From: an uncultured delta proteobacterium
GTDB taxonomy: Bacteria > Myxococcota_A > Polyangia > Polyangiales > JAFGIB01
Reading direction: 5' to 3'
Assembly (NCBI GenBank): GCA_963778655.1
Contig: CAVZVA010000008.1
Location: forward strand, 96,001-160,000
Length of the DNA: 64,000 bases
The notes below the pieces were generated by a model that was not told the DNA's origin, ran no database searches, and saw nothing but the letters and a program-made list of their open reading frames with translations. The translations under genes were made by a program, and so were the position numbers. Positions 9,184-19,410 of this stretch are shown here, piece after piece; positions within the stretch are counted from its first letter, which is position 1, and each line of letters opens with the position of its first letter.

Positions 9184-10618
9184 ATCAGACCTCGGCTGGG
9201 GACCCCCGCTTTCGGGCGGTTCGGACGCGAGCAGCCGTTTGAGGCGCGCGGGCTCCAGCCGGAGCCGCAGCACCTTCTCCCGCTCCAGCACCACGCGGCC
9301 GGGCTCGCTCTTGCGCGGTTTGCGCACGTAGCGGCGCTGCGTATGCACCACGTCGACCGGGCTGTGGCCGCGCGCCTGACTGAAATGGGCCGCCAGCGTG
9401 GCCGCGTCGCACAGCAGCTCGGGCGGGCAGGCCTCGCCGCGCTCGAGCGGGACCACCACGTGCGCGCCGGCTTCGTCGCGTGCGTGCAGCCACAGATCTT
9501 GGGGCCGGGCGTGATCACGCGTGAGCCGGTCGTTGTCCGCCGCGCCGCGTCCCACCAGGATCGCCCGCCCGCCGCTGCCGCTGAAGCGCCGGTACGGCAG
9601 CCGCCGCTGCGGGACCCGGCGCCCGGCGCGCGAGCGATCGGGCCGTTGCAGTGCGCGCGACACGGCCGGCTCGGCTGCGCCTGCGATCTGCTCGAGCTCG
9701 GCGTCGCTGCGCGCGCCCTCGATGCGCTCTAGCTCCAGCTCGAGCGCGTCGAGCTGCGCTCGCGTCGCCTGCGCTCGCTCGGCGGCCAGCACAGCGCCGC
9801 GCGCCAGCTTGCGCGCGCGCTTGAACCAGGCCTCGGCCTGCGCGCCGGGACCGAGCGCGGGATCGATCTCGAGCGTGTGCGCTGCCGGGGGATCGAGCGT
9901 GTAGTCGAGCAGCTCGAAGCGGGCCCCGGTACGCGGCAGCCCGTGCAGGTTCGCGACCAGCAGGTTGGCATCGCGGCGCAGCGCGGCCACGTCTTGGGCG
10001 CGCGCCAGAATCGGCCTGCACCGCCGCCAGGCGCCGCAGCAGCTTCTTGTGCCGCGCGCGCAGGCCCCGGCTCAGCTCGGCCTTGCGCTGCCCCAGCTCG
10101 GCCTGCGCGCGCAGCTCGAGCAAGCGCGCGCCGCGCTCGGCCAGCGCCTCGAGCCCGAGCTGCACCGGATCGGGCTCGGGCTCGGTCGGCTGGCGCAGGC
10201 GTTCGGCGTTCGGCTGCTGCTCTCGCGCGGCGGGCTGCAGCGGCCGAAGCGAGCTCAGCACGCGGCCGTCCGCGGCGCGCACCAGCGCGTTGCCGTGCGA
10301 CCCGCGCAGCACCAGCTCGAGCGATACGCGATCGGGACCGCGCTCCAGCTCGAGCTGGAGCCGCTGCGGCTCCAACCAACGCAACGCGCACACCACGCCG
10401 CCTTCAATCGCGCTCGCCAGCGCCTTGGGCTGCGGCGCGCGCGGCGCGCGCGGCGGCCGGTGCTCGAGCCAGCCAATCCCGCGGGCCGGTGGCGACAACC
10501 CGAGCAGCAACACCCCGTGCAGCGCGGGCGAACGCAGCTCGATTGTGAGCATCTCGCCGAACGGCGCGTCCACGCGCCGCACGCGCGCTCCAGCCAGCAG
10601 CGCCCCGAGCACGCTCAT
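9181..10618 (-). CDS. NFACT/RqcH (Rqc2) family protein, split by a +1 frameshift at ~10009
   Basis: C-terminal NFACT-R motifs ILVGRGAADND.LT, DLWLHA..AGAHVV, AATLAAHFS, YVRKPR; removing one base in GAATC (10008-10012) joins the two ORFs into ~478 aa. Confidence 0.85.
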
Positions 10619-10660
10619 GCCCGGTCCTCGGCCGCTGGTGTCGACACCGGCGACCCCGCG

Positions 10661-11332
10661 TCACGCTGCGTCGTGGGCGGCGTCTGCGAGTTTCTGCAAG
10701 CGCCGCGCATATTCGAACGACCGCGCCGCGTCGATCGCGACGAAGCTCTCGGCTTCGGGCTCGCCCTCCAGCAGCGCGCAGACGTCTTCCAGCACCGCAT
10801 CGGAGAAGCCGGTGCGCGCCCCGAGCGCCAACAACCGTGCGTACGTCACGCGGCCTGCGGGACGCGGCTGCAGCAGGGGGTCGAAGCCGAGCACCAGGTC
10901 GAGCGAGGCGGCCAGCGTGGCCGCGTCCTCGATCTCCCAGGGGCCGCTGGGCATCCACACGAAATGGCGGCCGGGCGCGCGCGGCAGGCGCGCGGCCAGC
11001 TCGCTCAGTAGCTCGCGGTCGCGCGCCCCGGGCGTGAGGTCCGCGGGCGTCGGCAGCACCAGCAGCTTGGCGTCGAGCGCGTCGTGCGCCTGTAGCAGCC
11101 AACCGAAGCTGCGTTCGAGCGCGGGGTCGAAGCGCAGCGGTCCGCGCGCCGAGCACAGCGTGCTGTGCGGAGCGCGCAGCGCGAGCGTGAAGCCCTCGGG
11201 CAGCTCGTGTCGCATCCGGCGCAGGGTGGCGGCGCGCGGCAGCGGCGGCCGTGGCAGCAGCTCGGCGAAGCGCAGCTCGGCCGAGTATTTCGGCCCTGGC
11301 GTGCGATCGAGCGCGGATCCTGCGAGCAGCAT
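10661..11332 (-). CDS. DUF72-like protein (divergent)
   Basis: Pattern ..PEGFTLALRA.., LVLPTPADLTP, GFDPL, TYARL resembles the DUF72 TIM barrel. Confidence 0.6.
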   Translation of the reverse strand: MLLAGSALDRTPGPKYSAELRFAELLPRPPLPRAATLRRMRHELPEGFTLALRAPHSTLCSARGPLRFDPALERSFGWLLQAHDALDAKLLVLPTPADLTPGARDRELLSELAARLPRAPGRHFVWMPSGPWEIEDAATLAASLDLVLGFDPLLQPRPAGRVTYARLLALGARTGFSDAVLEDVCALLEGEPEAESFVAIDAARSFEYARRLQKLADAAHDAA

Positions 11333-11401
11333 GTAGACGCGAAAGCCTGTCAGCTTCGACCGCCTGCGTAAAGCCCCGCCATTGCTTCGCTTTTAACGGG
11401 A

Positions 11402-11691
11402 GGGTCACGCGACCCTCCCGCCCCAGGACCCGCAGGGTCCGTAGCAAAGCTGTCGGGGCCCCACCCTCCGGCGGGGCTCGCTGCGCTCGCTCGACGTGGG
11501 TGGGGTTGTGCGTCGGGTCACGCGACCCTCCCGCCCCAGGACCCGCAGGGTCCGTAGCAAAGCTGTCGGGGCCCCACCCTCCGGCGGGGCTCGCTGCGCT
11601 CGCTCGACGTGGGTGGGGTTGTGCGTCGGGTCACGCGACCCTCCCGCCCCAGGACCCGCAGGGTCCGTAGCAAAGCTGTCGGGGCCCCACC
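11402..11691. repeat. 113-bp tandem repeat, ~2.6 identical copies, REP/MITE-like
   Basis: Units start at 11402, 11515 and 11628; internal hairpin GGACCC-GCA-GGGTCC and CTCGCTGCGCTCGC motif. Confidence 0.95.
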
Positions 11692-11771
11692 TAGGTTGGA
11701 TATCGGGAGGGGCACGCGACCTTCGTGTGCCGCCGGCCGGCCGGCTCTGGGCTTGCTGCTATCCTTTCACG

Positions 11772-14700
11772 GTGAGGCGCAAGGCGCTGTTGCTGGCTGT
11801 GTTGTTGTGGCCCGCGCTGGTGCGCGCCGACGACTGGAGCTTGACGCGTCCGGCCGCGCCGCCCGCGCGCGCCCGCGGCACGCGCCCGCCGCCGTCCGCG
11901 AAGCCCGCCAAGGCGAGTGAGCAACCGCAGCGGCTGCGCGCGCGCTATCTGCACGTGCTGCTGGCGGAGCCGGCGCAGGCTTTCGCGCTCGAGCGCCTGC
12001 TTTCGCTGTACCGCGAGCGCGACGGCAACCTCGATGGCCTGGCTGCGGAGCTGGCGCAGCGCGCGGTGCCCGCTGCGCAGCGCTACGCGCTGTGGCTGCT
12101 GCGCGGCGAGGTCGCGGCCGCGCGCGCGCAGCGCGACGAAGCGCGCGCGGCCTATGCGCAGGCGGCCGCGCTTCGGCCCGACGCCGCCGCGCCGCTGCGC
12201 GCGGGCGCCGAGCTCGAGCGCCAGGCCGGTGCGCCCGAGCAGGCCGAGGCGCTGCTGCAGCAAGCCCTGCAACGCACCAAGCAGACGCCCGAGCGCGCCG
12301 CCATCCTGCGCGAGCTCGGCGCGCTCGCGCTCGACCGCCACGACTACGCTGCCGCCGAAAGCCGCTTCGATGCGCTCGCGGCCGGGGCCAAGACCGGGGT
12401 GTTCGAGCGTGCCGAGTACGCGCGCGCGCTGGCCGCCCGGGGAGAGCACGCGCGCGCGGTGGACGCCTATCAAAAGGCGCTGCAAGCCTTGCGCGGCGAC
12501 GCTCGGGTGCAGGCACCGCTGCTGCTCGAGATGGCCCGCTCCCGGCTAGAAGCTGGCGGCGGTCCTGCGGCGCTGGCCACGCTCGATCGCGCGCGCGCGC
12601 TGGCTCCAGCTGGTAGCGGCTTGCGCCACGAGGTCGACGAGGCCCTGGTCGAGACCGAGCGCCGCCTGGGCCAGCTGCCCGCGCTGGCGGCGCGGCTCGA
12701 GGCCGAGCACGGCGGAGGCACGGAGCAGAGCGAGCTGCTGGGCCGCATCTACGAAGAGCTGGGCGACTCGGCGCGCGCGCTGGCGGCGTTCCGCCGCGCG
12801 CTCGGCCGCGAGCCGCGGCGGCTCGAGCTGCGTGAACGGGTGATCCGCATCCTCACCGAGCAGGGCGATCTGGGTCAGGCGATCGCGGAGTACCGCGCCC
12901 TGCTGGGCGTCGCGCCGCGCGAGCCGCGCTACGTGATCGAGCTGGCCAAGCTGTTGATGGAGTCGGGCAAGCGCGACCAGGCGCTCGCGCTGCTCGGCCA
13001 GACCGAGCGGCGCTTTCCGCGCGACGCCCGCATCCTGCGCTCCCTGTTCGACCTGTACACGCGCTGGAACGAGCAGGCGCGCGCGCTCGCGGTGCTCACC
13101 GCGCTCAGCCGCGTCGAGCCCGACGACCCGACGCACTACGTCGCGCTCGGCGAGCAGCTGCTTGAGCGCGGCGATCAGGCCGGCGCGCTCGCGGCCTGGC
13201 GCCGGATTCTCGAGGTGGTTCCGGACAAGGCGCGCGCGCACGCGACGCTTGCCGGCACCTACCTCGACCACGACATGCCGGAGCGCGCGCTGGCCGAATA
13301 CCAGGCCGCCGTGCAGGCGCAGCCCGATCAGGTGGACCTGGTGCGCGGCCTGGCCGAGACGCTGGAGAAGCTGCAGCGATCGGGCGAGGCGGCGGAGCGC
13401 TGGCAGCAGGTGCTCTCGCTGTCCACCGACCGCGCGCAGAGGCGCGAGGCGCGGCGGCGGGTGGTGCGGCTGTGGGGCGCTTCGGGACAGCTCGAGCAGC
13501 GCACCGCCGAGCTGGCGCGCGCCTTCCAGTGGCCGCCGAGCGCGCAGGCCGCCGCCGGCGCCAAGCCCGACGTCGAGGCCGGGCGCTTCTTGGCCGAGTG
13601 CTACCGCACGCTCGGCACGGGCCGCCGGCGCGTGCCGGCCGACGCGCGCTATCTGGACCTGTCCGAGCGCGTGCTCTCGCGGGTGCTCGAGCTCGCGCCT
13701 GGAGACGTCGAGAGCATGCTCGCGCTGGAGCGGCTGCGCGTGCTGCGCGGCAACCTGCCGGGCGCGATCGAGGTGCTATCGCGCCTGCTGAAGGCCGATC
13801 CCAAGAACGCGCGCAGTTATCTCACGCGCATGGCCGAGCACTCGCTGGCGATCTACCGCGACGACGACGCGATCGGCTATGCCGAGCGCCTGGTGGCCTT
13901 GAATCCCAAAGACGCCAAGGCCCACGAGCGGCTGGGCGACCTGTACCGGACGCGCCAGCACACCGAGCGCGCGATCGCCAGCTACGAGCGCGCGCTGGCC
14001 CTGGACGAGAACGCGCTGCCGGTCGCGGCCGAGCTGGCGGAGCTCTACCTCTCGCGCGGCGACACCGATAAGGCGGCCGCGCTGCTGCGCCGGGTGGTGC
14101 GCGCGAGCCCCGACGACGAGCTGGTCAAGCGCGCGGCGCGCTCGCTGATCCAGCAGGACCTGGGCACGCCGCGGCTGGCCGCGTTCGAGCAGACCCTGCT
14201 GCCGCTCGCGCTCGGCAATCCGCAGCGCCCGGTCTACCGCGCGCTGTTGATCGAGCTGTACGGGGCGCTGGCGCAGCCGCTGATCGAGCGCGTGCGCGGG
14301 GGCGGCGCCGCGGCCCAGGCCGCGCAGGCCGAGCTGCGCGCGATCGGCCAGCGTGCGATCAAGCCGCTGCTCGAGGCGCTGGCCGACGGCGACGGGGGCC
14401 AGCGCCGCGAAGCGATCGATCTGCTCGGCCACCTGCATAACGAACACGCCGCTGCAGCGCTGCTGGCGGCCGCCGAGCACGGAGCCGAGATCCCGCTGCG
14501 AAGGCGCGCGCTGCTGGCCGCCGGTGCGGTCGCCGGCCCTGCGCTGGCGCCGCGCTTCGCCGCGCTGGCGCGCGCGCCCGAGCGGCCGCTGCGCGCCGCC
14601 GCCGCCTGGGGGCTGGCGCGCATGGACGGGGCCGCCGTACGGGTGCGGCTGCGCGCGCTGCTCTCCAGCAACACGCCTGGTGTGCGCGCGCAAGCGCTGC

Positions 14701-15836
14701 TCGGCCTGGGACGCGCGCGCGATGCGGCTTCGAGCGCGGCGTTCCGCGACGCGCTGCACGCCGACCCGAGCCCCTACGTGCGCGCGTCGGCCGCGCTCGC
14801 GCTGGGTCAGAGCGGCGACCGCAAGGCGGGCGCGGCGCTCACGGCCGCGCTGCGCACCGAGCCTCCGCAGAGCGCGGCCGCGGTCGCGCTTGCGCTCGGG
14901 CTGCTGGGCGACCGCACCGCTTCCGAGCCGCTGTGCGAGGCGCTGTTCGCGGGCGAGGCCGTGGTGCGCCGCGCCGCGCTCTGGTCGCTGCGCGTGCTGG
15001 CCGCCGCCCCCCAGAGCGAGCACCCCACCCCGCCGGAGCTGCCCGAGCCCGACGAGCGGCTGTCGCTCTCGCCTTTGATCGAGAGCTGGCTGGCGCGCGA
15101 GCCGCAAGCGCCCGCCGCCCAGGCGCTCGCGGCGTTCGCGCGCGAGCTGCAGGAAGCCGCCGAGGCTGCGCTGCAAGGCCCGCCGGCCAGCGCGCGCACC
15201 GCGCTGCGGCTGCTGTCGGGCGCCGATCCCCTGCTGGTGCCGCCCGGCGGCCCGCGTGGGGCCGCGCTCGAGGCGCTGATCGCCGCGCTGCGCCCGGCGC
15301 TGCTCGCGCTCGGCAGCCATCCCGACCCGGCGTTGCGGGCGGCCTCGATCGCGCTGCTCGCGTCGGCCCCGGCGGCCGACGCCGCACGCAGCCTGACCGC
15401 GGCGCTCGACGACGGCGACGAGCAGGTGCAGAGCGCCGCGCTGGCGCGCGTCGGCCCGGGCGTGGGCGACGCGCACATCGTGCAGCGGGTGGCGGCGATC
15501 GCGCAGCGCGACGCGCGCTGGTGGATGCGGCTGCGCGCGGTCCAGGCGCTGGGCCGCATCGGCGGCGAAAGCGCCACCCGCCAGCTGTTGCCGGTGCTCC
15601 AGCACGATGCCTACGCCTACGTGCGCGAGGCCGCCGCCGCCGCGCTGGGCAGCGTGCAGGCCGCCCAGGCCGTGCCGGCCCTGGCCCAGACCCTGGGCGA
15701 CCCCGAGCCCCGGGTGCGGCTGGCCGCAGCCCGCGCCTTGCTCGCAATCGGCGGTCCAGGCGCCGAGCAGGCCCTCGCGCGCATGGACACGGCGACCCGC
15801 GCCGCGCTCAAATCGACGGGCCAGCCGCGCAATTGA
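11772..15836 (+). CDS. Large exported TPR + HEAT-repeat protein
   Basis: Signal peptide (RKALLLAVLLWPALVRA), many TPR-like repeats, C-terminal VRxxAAxALG HEAT repeats. Confidence 0.85.
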   Translation: MRRKALLLAVLLWPALVRADDWSLTRPAAPPARARGTRPPPSAKPAKASEQPQRLRARYLHVLLAEPAQAFALERLLSLYRERDGNLDGLAAELAQRAVPAAQRYALWLLRGEVAAARAQRDEARAAYAQAAALRPDAAAPLRAGAELERQAGAPEQAEALLQQALQRTKQTPERAAILRELGALALDRHDYAAAESRFDALAAGAKTGVFERAEYARALAARGEHARAVDAYQKALQALRGDARVQAPLLLEMARSRLEAGGGPAALATLDRARALAPAGSGLRHEVDEALVETERRLGQLPALAARLEAEHGGGTEQSELLGRIYEELGDSARALAAFRRALGREPRRLELRERVIRILTEQGDLGQAIAEYRALLGVAPREPRYVIELAKLLMESGKRDQALALLGQTERRFPRDARILRSLFDLYTRWNEQARALAVLTALSRVEPDDPTHYVALGEQLLERGDQAGALAAWRRILEVVPDKARAHATLAGTYLDHDMPERALAEYQAAVQAQPDQVDLVRGLAETLEKLQRSGEAAERWQQVLSLSTDRAQRREARRRVVRLWGASGQLEQRTAELARAFQWPPSAQAAAGAKPDVEAGRFLAECYRTLGTGRRRVPADARYLDLSERVLSRVLELAPGDVESMLALERLRVLRGNLPGAIEVLSRLLKADPKNARSYLTRMAEHSLAIYRDDDAIGYAERLVALNPKDAKAHERLGDLYRTRQHTERAIASYERALALDENALPVAAELAELYLSRGDTDKAAALLRRVVRASPDDELVKRAARSLIQQDLGTPRLAAFEQTLLPLALGNPQRPVYRALLIELYGALAQPLIERVRGGGAAAQAAQAELRAIGQRAIKPLLEALADGDGGQRREAIDLLGHLHNEHAAAALLAAAEHGAEIPLRRRALLAAGAVAGPALAPRFAALARAPERPLRAAAAWGLARMDGAAVRVRLRALLSSNTPGVRAQALLGLGRARDAASSAAFRDALHADPSPYVRASAALALGQSGDRKAGAALTAALRTEPPQSAAAVALALGLLGDRTASEPLCEALFAGEAVVRRAALWSLRVLAAAPQSEHPTPPELPEPDERLSLSPLIESWLAREPQAPAAQALAAFARELQEAAEAALQGPPASARTALRLLSGADPLLVPPGGPRGAALEALIAALRPALLALGSHPDPALRAASIALLASAPAADAARSLTAALDDGDEQVQSAALARVGPGVGDAHIVQRVAAIAQRDARWWMRLRAVQALGRIGGESATRQLLPVLQHDAYAYVREAAAAALGSVQAAQAVPALAQTLGDPEPRVRLAAARALLAIGGPGAEQALARMDTATRAALKSTGQPRN

Positions 15837-15907
15837 CGACTTTCGGTCCAATCCACTACACAATGGGACTCTCACGGCTCTAGCCAGCGCTCGGCCTGGG
15901 GCGCGGT

Positions 15908-16882
15908 GTGACCCGTCAGGGGCAAGGATTGGACTTCGAGGTCGGGATAGCCTGTGGCCAATGCGACACGTTCAATCCGGTCGGTGTCCGAGCCTGCAGC
16001 GCCTGCGCTCACCCGCTGGCGTTGAGCCGCAACGAATCCAAGGCCTTCGACCAATCAGCCGCAGCTAAACTCTCACCCTCCGAGGAAGAAGCGATGGAGC
16101 AAGCACGCAACTACGTCTGCCGCGAGTGCTCGACGCCGGTGCCGTCCGGACACAAGTTTTGCGGCACCTGTGGCGCCAGCGTTCCGCCGGAGGTCGTCGA
16201 GCTGCGCACCAAGTACTTCGGCGCGATGCAGACACCGGGCAAGGCGCGCCTGATCCTGATCCGCGGTGATTCCGGAGTCGACGGCTTGAGCTACATGCTG
16301 CAGGGCACCGAGCACATCGCCGGCCGCGAGGACGGGCAGATCCTCTTCCCCGAGGACGGCTGGCTCAGCCGACGCCACGCCAACTTCGTCTACGACAACG
16401 GCCAGCTGGTGGTGCGCGACGAGGGCAGCCTCAATGGCGTGTACGTACGGGTGAGGGAGAGCGCGCCGCTCTCGTTCGGCGACAACTTCCTGTGCGGTGA
16501 GCAGCTCTTTGTGCTCGAGCCGCCGCCCGAGGACACCGCCGGCCCCGCCCCCGACCAGACCTATTTCTATTCCTCGCCGCGTAAGGCCTGCAGCTTTCGC
16601 ATCGTGCAGATGGTGGTAGGCGGTGCGCGCGGGATGGAGCACTGCTCGCTCGGCTCGAGCGCCAAGATCGGGCGCGAGGATTGCGACGTCAATTTCCCCA
16701 CCGACGTGTACATGTCGGCGGTTCATGCCCGCGTCGACGCGGGCGCCGACGGCCGACTGACGCTGGTCGATCTGGGCTCCAAAAACGGGACCTACGTCCG
16801 CCTGCGCGCGCCGCAGCCACTCAAGCATGGCGACTACCTGTTCATGGGCAAGCAGCTTCTACGCGTCGAGATCACGGCGTGA
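15908..16882 (+). CDS. Zinc-ribbon + tandem FHA protein
   Basis: CxxC pairs (CGQC/CSAC, CREC/CGTC); FHA motifs AGR..SRRHA..GSLNG and IGR..HA..GSKNGTY. Confidence 0.85.
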   Translation: MTRQGQGLDFEVGIACGQCDTFNPVGVRACSACAHPLALSRNESKAFDQSAAAKLSPSEEEAMEQARNYVCRECSTPVPSGHKFCGTCGASVPPEVVELRTKYFGAMQTPGKARLILIRGDSGVDGLSYMLQGTEHIAGREDGQILFPEDGWLSRRHANFVYDNGQLVVRDEGSLNGVYVRVRESAPLSFGDNFLCGEQLFVLEPPPEDTAGPAPDQTYFYSSPRKACSFRIVQMVVGGARGMEHCSLGSSAKIGREDCDVNFPTDVYMSAVHARVDAGADGRLTLVDLGSKNGTYVRLRAPQPLKHGDYLFMGKQLLRVEITA

Positions 16883-17012
16883 GCGCCGCCAGCGCATTGA
16901 AATTGCGATGGAATCGCTTGTCCCCGAAGCTTGACCCCGGGATGGCAGCGAAACTATCCTCGGGCAGGCCGACGGTCCCGGTCGCTGGACGAGCCGGGTG
17001 GAGGAGGCGCCT

Positions 17013-18110
17013 GTGATTGTCTGCCCCAGGTGCAGCAAGGAAAACCAGGACCACTACAAGTTCTGCTTGGGTTGTGGCGCGGAGCTTCCGCGTGACGCGG
17101 CCAAGAAGGACTTCGTGGCCCGTGCCGGCACGACCGATCCGCCGCCGGCGCCGGCTGCCGCCGCGCGCCCGATCGACATGCCACGCGATCGCAATTTGCA
17201 GTTCGCAGCCACGCAGCAGGGCGATGTGATCCCGACCTCGGGCGGCGGCGCCGCGCAGGCCGTGGCGGCGGCGCCGCAGGCGGTTTCCGCGCCGCCGCCG
17301 GTGCGCGCGCCCGCGCCCGATTTGCACAGCTGCCCGGCGTGCGGAAATCCCGTGCCGGCCGACTTCAAGTTCTGCGGCACTTGCGGGCACCGCATCACGC
17401 CGGGCGCTGCGGCGGCGCCCGCGCCCGCGGCGGCGCCCGCGGCGGCGCCCGCGCCGGCACCCGTGGCTGCGTCCAGCGGTCAGGCGCGCGGCAAGCTCGT
17501 GCTGATCAACCCCGATGGCTCGGAGGGCAGCTCGTATACGCTGTCGGACGGCGCCAACAGCATCGGCCGCGACACCGGCAAGCTGTTTTCCGGCGACGCC
17601 TATCTCTCGCCGGTGCACGCAACCCTGACCTTCGGGGGCGACGGCTGCACCGTGCGCGATGAGCACAGCCTCAACGGCGTCTACGTCAAGATCGGTCGGG
17701 ACCGGCCGGTGCGGTTGAGCCACGGCGATGTGTTCCGCATCGGCCAGGAGATCATTCGCTTCGAGGTCATGCCGCCGGCCCAGTCGATCGACGGCGTGGA
17801 GCCGATGGGCAGCCCCAATCCCGGCTACCTCGGGCGCATCGCGCTGGTCATCGGTCGCGAGACCGTAGGCAATACCTACCCGATCGCTCCGGACGGAATG
17901 CACATAGGTCGTGAGCGCGGCGACGTGATTTTTCCCGAGGACGGCTACGTTTCGGGCCTGCACTGCCGCATCCATCATGATGGCTCTGCGATCGTGCTGA
18001 CCGACGTGGGCAGCTCGAACGGGACCTTCCTGCGCATTCGCGGCGAGCGCCGCCTCTCGAGCGGCGAGCTGCTGCTGATGGGCCAGCAGCTCTTCCGGCT
18101 GAATTACTAG
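17013..18110 (+). CDS. Double zinc-ribbon + tandem FHA protein
   Basis: CPRC..CLGC and CPAC..CGTC; two FHA domains; GGAGG RBS before GTG. Confidence 0.88.
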   Translation: MIVCPRCSKENQDHYKFCLGCGAELPRDAAKKDFVARAGTTDPPPAPAAAARPIDMPRDRNLQFAATQQGDVIPTSGGGAAQAVAAAPQAVSAPPPVRAPAPDLHSCPACGNPVPADFKFCGTCGHRITPGAAAAPAPAAAPAAAPAPAPVAASSGQARGKLVLINPDGSEGSSYTLSDGANSIGRDTGKLFSGDAYLSPVHATLTFGGDGCTVRDEHSLNGVYVKIGRDRPVRLSHGDVFRIGQEIIRFEVMPPAQSIDGVEPMGSPNPGYLGRIALVIGRETVGNTYPIAPDGMHIGRERGDVIFPEDGYVSGLHCRIHHDGSAIVLTDVGSSNGTFLRIRGERRLSSGELLLMGQQLFRLNY

Positions 18111-18154
18111 AGAGAATCACAGGAAGGCGGGAAGACGGGAAGTCCGCGCGGCGG

Positions 18155-19060
18155 TCAGCTCTTCCTGGCTTCGCGCCCTGCTGGTGCGTCTTTCACCCAA
18201 TCGATGCGCTCGAGGAAGGCGTCGATGTGCTGGTTGATGACGTCCGCGCGCTCCAGCGGCGCTGCGTGGCTGGCGCCCTCGAGCTCCAGGTACTGCGCGC
18301 CGGGGATGCGCTCCGCTAGCTCGCGTACGATCTCGACCGGCGTGAAGGTGTCGCGCTCGGCGGAGATCACCAGCACCGGCACCTGCACCTCGGGCAGCAG
18401 GTCCTCGGCGCTGTGCTCGCCGGCCTTGCGCAGCATCTCCAGATACAGGTCCAGATCGATGTCGGACAGGTGCTCGACGTACTGGCGAAAGTCCTCCGCC
18501 GATATCGCGGGCCCGTCGATCTCGCCGATCCAGCCCGCCACCTTGAAGGCGAATTGCGGCGGCAGCCGTCCCCACAGCGCGCGCGCCACGCCCTCATGTT
18601 TGTGAACTTGCTCGATCAGCATCGGCAGCGCGCGGTGCAGCCAGTCGCTGCCGTGGAAGGTGCGCGTGATGCGGCCGTAGCTGCCGCAGATCAGCACCAG
18701 GCCCGCGATGCGTTGCGGCTCGCGGCGGTAGGCCTCGAGCGCAACCTGGGTGCCCATCGAATGCGCGATCAGCACCGCCTGGTCCAGGGCCGCGCTGTCC
18801 ATCACGCGCAACACGTCGTCGGCAAGCGTGAGGATGTCGGTGGCGTGCGGGTCACGCGACGAGCCGCTGCGACCGTGCCCGCGATAGTGGGTGTGAACGA
18901 CTCTGTGGCTAACGCTCAGGTGCGGCTGGATATGGTTCCATGCCCAGCCGTCGCACCCGATTCCGTCCAGGAGCACTAACGCAGGGCCGCTGCCACGCAC
19001 GGCATAGAACAGCCGGCTGCCGTCTTGCGCGGAGGCGAAACCCCTCGCGTCGTACTCCAT
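18155..19060 (-). CDS. Alpha/beta hydrolase
   Basis: YRGHGRS, nucleophile AHSMG, D (ERDTFTP) and H (ASHAAP). Confidence 0.9.
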   Translation of the reverse strand: MEYDARGFASAQDGSRLFYAVRGSGPALVLLDGIGCDGWAWNHIQPHLSVSHRVVHTHYRGHGRSGSSRDPHATDILTLADDVLRVMDSAALDQAVLIAHSMGTQVALEAYRREPQRIAGLVLICGSYGRITRTFHGSDWLHRALPMLIEQVHKHEGVARALWGRLPPQFAFKVAGWIGEIDGPAISAEDFRQYVEHLSDIDLDLYLEMLRKAGEHSAEDLLPEVQVPVLVISAERDTFTPVEIVRELAERIPGAQYLELEGASHAAPLERADVINQHIDAFLERIDWVKDAPAGREARKS

Positions 19061-19072
19061 GTCCCGCAGGCT

Positions 19073-19276
19073 TCAGGAGGCCTTGGCCTCGTCGTCGTCG
19101 CCCTCGGGTATGTCATTGACTGAAGGCAGCTTGCGGATGTCGGAGAGGCCGATCTTGACGCAGCGCTGCACGATCCACGACAGGGAGCGGTCCAATCGGG
19201 CGGCTTCCTTCTGGATCTCCTGCAGCATGCTTTCCGGGAAGTAGAGGCTCTGCTTGCGCTTATCTGTGGCCGACAT
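19073..19276 (-). CDS. TIGR04563-family small protein (RHH-like)
   Basis: DKRKQSLYFP..ML.EI..EAARLDRSLSWIVQ signature. Confidence 0.88.
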   Translation of the reverse strand: MSATDKRKQSLYFPESMLQEIQKEAARLDRSLSWIVQRCVKIGLSDIRKLPSVNDIPEGDDDEAKAS

Positions 19277-19410
19277 GCTCCCCTGTTCCTCCATAGGCGC
19301 GAGTATGCGCCAATCTCATTGCTCGCGTAGCAAGGGCTCGCAGGTACATTAGAGTACGACATCACATGTCGTGTCAACGAATCGCCGTTAGTTCCCGCCG
19401 CGGGGTCCAC

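Noticed and set aside
11402..11691. Possible CRISPR array
   Set aside because: The whole 113-bp units are identical, so there are no unique spacers, and there are no cas genes in the window
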